From the NCBI GenBank assembly GCA_965205025.1, contig CBDBFU010000002.1, forward strand, positions 96,001-160,000: a stretch of 64,000 bases of DNA, written 5' to 3'. The position numbers and the translations under genes are program-made. The stretch is from Candidatus Poribacteria bacterium. Its GTDB lineage: Bacteria > Poribacteria > WGA-4E > WGA-3G. The notes under the pieces were generated by a model. The model had not been told where the DNA came from. It saw only the letters and a list, made by a program, of their open reading frames with translations, and did not search any database. Shown in pieces: positions 61,850-64,000 of this stretch. Numbering within the stretch: the first letter of the stretch is position 1; each line of letters starts with the position of its first letter.

Positions 61850-64000
61850 TTATTTAAGTATTAGTATTTTACCAACCTTTTGTACGCTTTTATCATTTTT
61901 GGTGGCGGTGAATTTGTATATATAGACACCGTTGGCAAGAGGGTCTCCGTCTTCGTCCAATCCATCAAAATGGTATTCGTTGTAAGATGTGTCCGCATCC
62001 AATGTATCCACATTTCTGATGAGTCTACCCGTAAGTGTATAGATCTTAAGGCTGACTGTGTCTGCGTTTTCCGTAAGATAGTATGCGAAGTCTGTGCCTT
62101 TGCCAGGACGGAACGGATTTGGGAAGTTCGCAATGTTTTTTATCTCTAATCCGCCTGCAACTTTTCCGTTGAGTTCTGTTTCCGCTGTGTTCCCGTTTGC
62201 ATCCTGTGCCTGTAAACGAATACGATACTCCCCTGGTTGCAATGCATGATCTGGTGAATGGGTTAGCAGGAGAACATTACTATTTGTGGGTGAGGTAGAT
62301 ATTATATACTCGTACTGGGGAACACGATTTCCGTTTCTGGTAAGGATGATATTGTCTGGTCGCGGATCTATCCCATTTGCATCCACAATCCTTGCGGAGA
62401 TAGTAGGCAAATCAGAAATATAATCACCATCAACAAACCCTTGATCTTCCACAGTTAATTCCAGTAATGGTGGACGATTATCTGAGTGAGATAGTAGTGC
62501 GAAGGTTCCGGGTAGTTTAACCTTGGCAGAAATAGTTTCACCATCCTCAGTTTGGTTGCCAACACGTATCCAATTCCCTGTTTCATCATCACGCATGTAG
62601 ATATGTGATTTTACTTCAGTCTTACTAACAAAAGTAGCTGTCCCTGTTAATTCAGTTTGTTGTTTCAAGTTAATCTGATATGCCATAGGAGCTGTCTGTT
62701 CAATCCCAGATGGTTTTATAATATCTGGTTGATTTTTGATGATTAACTCCTGTGTTTCAAAGATCAGTGTTGATGTCTCTTGCAGACTGTCCTTAGGTAT
62801 TGTGATACGAAAAGCACCATCTATACTTTGTATCGGTTGGTTGATGTTCTCTGAAGTGAGAAAGACAGTGTTGTTAACGAATTCTTTGGATGAACTGTTG
62901 TTGGATTCTCGTACCTCCTTAATTAGACCACTTGGTTGTTCGTCTGTTGGCATATCTACAAAGACAGTAACAGTGTATTCACCAGGTTTCGGTTTCCATG
63001 GCACACTTGCTATAACATATTCATCAGGAGGTATTTCAGGAATAATCTGCACAACGCCGATTTGTGTTGCATTTTTTAGGTCTTCAAGCGTAATTTCTTG
63101 TTCCACAGGAGATCTATTTGCTGGTAATTGTAAGAAATGTACAGGAACATTCTTGCCAGAAATATCACCATTGTTTTTAATCTGTGCGGAGAGATTGAAA
63201 GAAGCATCCGTACTCCAATTGATTGTGTGTCCTAAAACAGAGAAATCTGGCTCACCTACCCCGTAGGTGACCACCTGTGTTTGTAGTATCCGTCCATCCT
63301 TAGGTATAACGAGTAGATAATAATCAATCAGATCCCCTCTATCAGCAGCTGGAATAGGGTATTCTGTTCTATAAATTCCTGCCTTTTGATGCACCAAAGG
63401 AATTTTTTCTACATCCAATACTTGACGTCGATCTTCAATTACCTGATAACTCCAGTAGAGAGTTATTGTATCGATTTCTTTTCTATTTAACACCTCCACA
63501 TAGACATGGACAGGTTCATTAGGTGGGATAGGATCAGGTTCCAGACGAATATTTTTGACAAATCGTTCAAGTGGAGTATATGATGTATACCCTATCGCAT
63601 CTTCTTGTGTATTCCAGGCGTATGCTCTCACCTGTAATGCATCGAAAGCACTATTATAAGGGATTGGCATTTGTGTTTGGAACTTCCCATCAACTACCGA
63701 GACAGTTTCGATTCGAGGCACGTCATCCACAGAACGTACAAGTGGTGCGGTTATATTTCTGGGTCCAATAGGTCTTTTCTTTTGTATTCTTTCTGGTGGG
63801 TTAGGTATAACCGTAATCTCAGCATCACCGGTAAAGTCTGGATTCGGCAGACTCCCAGCAACAGTTAATAGTGTATCTTTTCCCTCGTTATCCCTTTCAT
63901 TGGGATCGTCCAGATTTATATTTAGTTTCATTTCGGTGCGTGGCAATCTTAACCGAGTTGCTGGATCACCGAAAAGCGTAAAGACCTCCGTAAGATCAAT
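61850..64000 (-). CDS. C-terminal part of gingipain C25/PorU-like protein with CARDB-like and FlgD-Ig/T9SS-A-like tail (5' end outside window)
   Basis: The frame is open to the window edge: IDLTEVFTLFGDPATRL (C25 end motif), IKEVRESNN (CARDB-like), and NFPNPF...IYTLTGRLIR...DG.DEDGDPLANGVYIY. Confidence 0.8.
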   Translation of the reverse strand: MDLTEVFTLFGDPATRLRLPRTEMKLNINLDDPNERDNEGKDTLLTVAGSLPNPDFTGDAEITVIPNPPERIQKKRPIGPRNITAPLVRSVDDVPRIETVSVVDGKFQTQMPIPYNSAFDALQVRAYAWNTQEDAIGYTSYTPLERFVKNIRLEPDPIPPNEPVHVYVEVLNRKEIDTITLYWSYQVIEDRRQVLDVEKIPLVHQKAGIYRTEYPIPAADRGDLIDYYLLVIPKDGRILQTQVVTYGVGEPDFSVLGHTINWSTDASFNLSAQIKNNGDISGKNVPVHFLQLPANRSPVEQEITLEDLKNATQIGVVQIIPEIPPDEYVIASVPWKPKPGEYTVTVFVDMPTDEQPSGLIKEVRESNNSSSKEFVNNTVFLTSENINQPIQSIDGAFRITIPKDSLQETSTLIFETQELIIKNQPDIIKPSGIEQTAPMAYQINLKQQTELTGTATFVSKTEVKSHIYMRDDETGNWIRVGNQTEDGETISAKVKLPGTFALLSHSDNRPPLLELTVEDQGFVDGDYISDLPTISARIVDANGIDPRPDNIILTRNGNRVPQYEYIISTSPTNSNVLLLTHSPDHALQPGEYRIRLQAQDANGNTAETELNGKVAGGLEIKNIANFPNPFRPGKGTDFAYYLTENADTVSLKIYTLTGRLIRNVDTLDADTSYNEYHFDGLDEDGDPLANGVYIYKFTATKNDKSVQKVGKILILK

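Noticed and set aside
437-63868. Numerous 60-180 aa ORFs overlapping or antisense to confident genes
   Set aside because: Shadow ORFs with no independent coding evidence.

Overview
Low-GC bacterial window, probably Candidatus Poribacteria (inferred from the C-terminal AV-x-P-x-x-K-x-x-T-x-W-G-x-x-K motif on secreted proteins and the ECF and repeat style). (1) 3.2-32.3 kb is a co-oriented array of ABC-2 type permease paralogues: about 10 intact, 1 frameshifted and 3 remnants, in three subfamilies A, B and C. They have conserved TM cores and divergent extracytoplasmic loops, and the array has only one ATPase, one NEW3-domain membrane protein and one TolC-family protein. An ECF sigma factor, two secreted proteins sharing its C-terminal domain, a recurring TGCAAC-N16/17-(T/C)GT promoter motif and several chimeric recombination scars are interspersed. 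(2) Housekeeping and metabolic genes: nnr, dnaE, aldo/keto reductase, acnA, two NPCBM proteins, ndk, a GNAT, a crotonase and a DddK/DddW-like cupin. (3) 50.1-61.4 kb is a five-gene defence-like operon: three unknown proteins, a Druantia DruE-like SF2 helicase-DUF1998 and a Cas4/AddB-like PD-(D/E)XK nuclease. It is followed about 90 bp later by a 5-unit, 50-51 bp-period hairpin repeat-spacer array. (4) The 3' part of a gingipain C25/PorU-like gene runs off the window end. Intergenic DNA holds nested MITE and GTAG-REP-like elements, including a ~35 bp mini-element found inside two unrelated repeats. No rRNA, tRNA, cas1/cas2, reverse transcriptase or intact transposase was seen. All family calls are from motif recognition by eye, without database searches.
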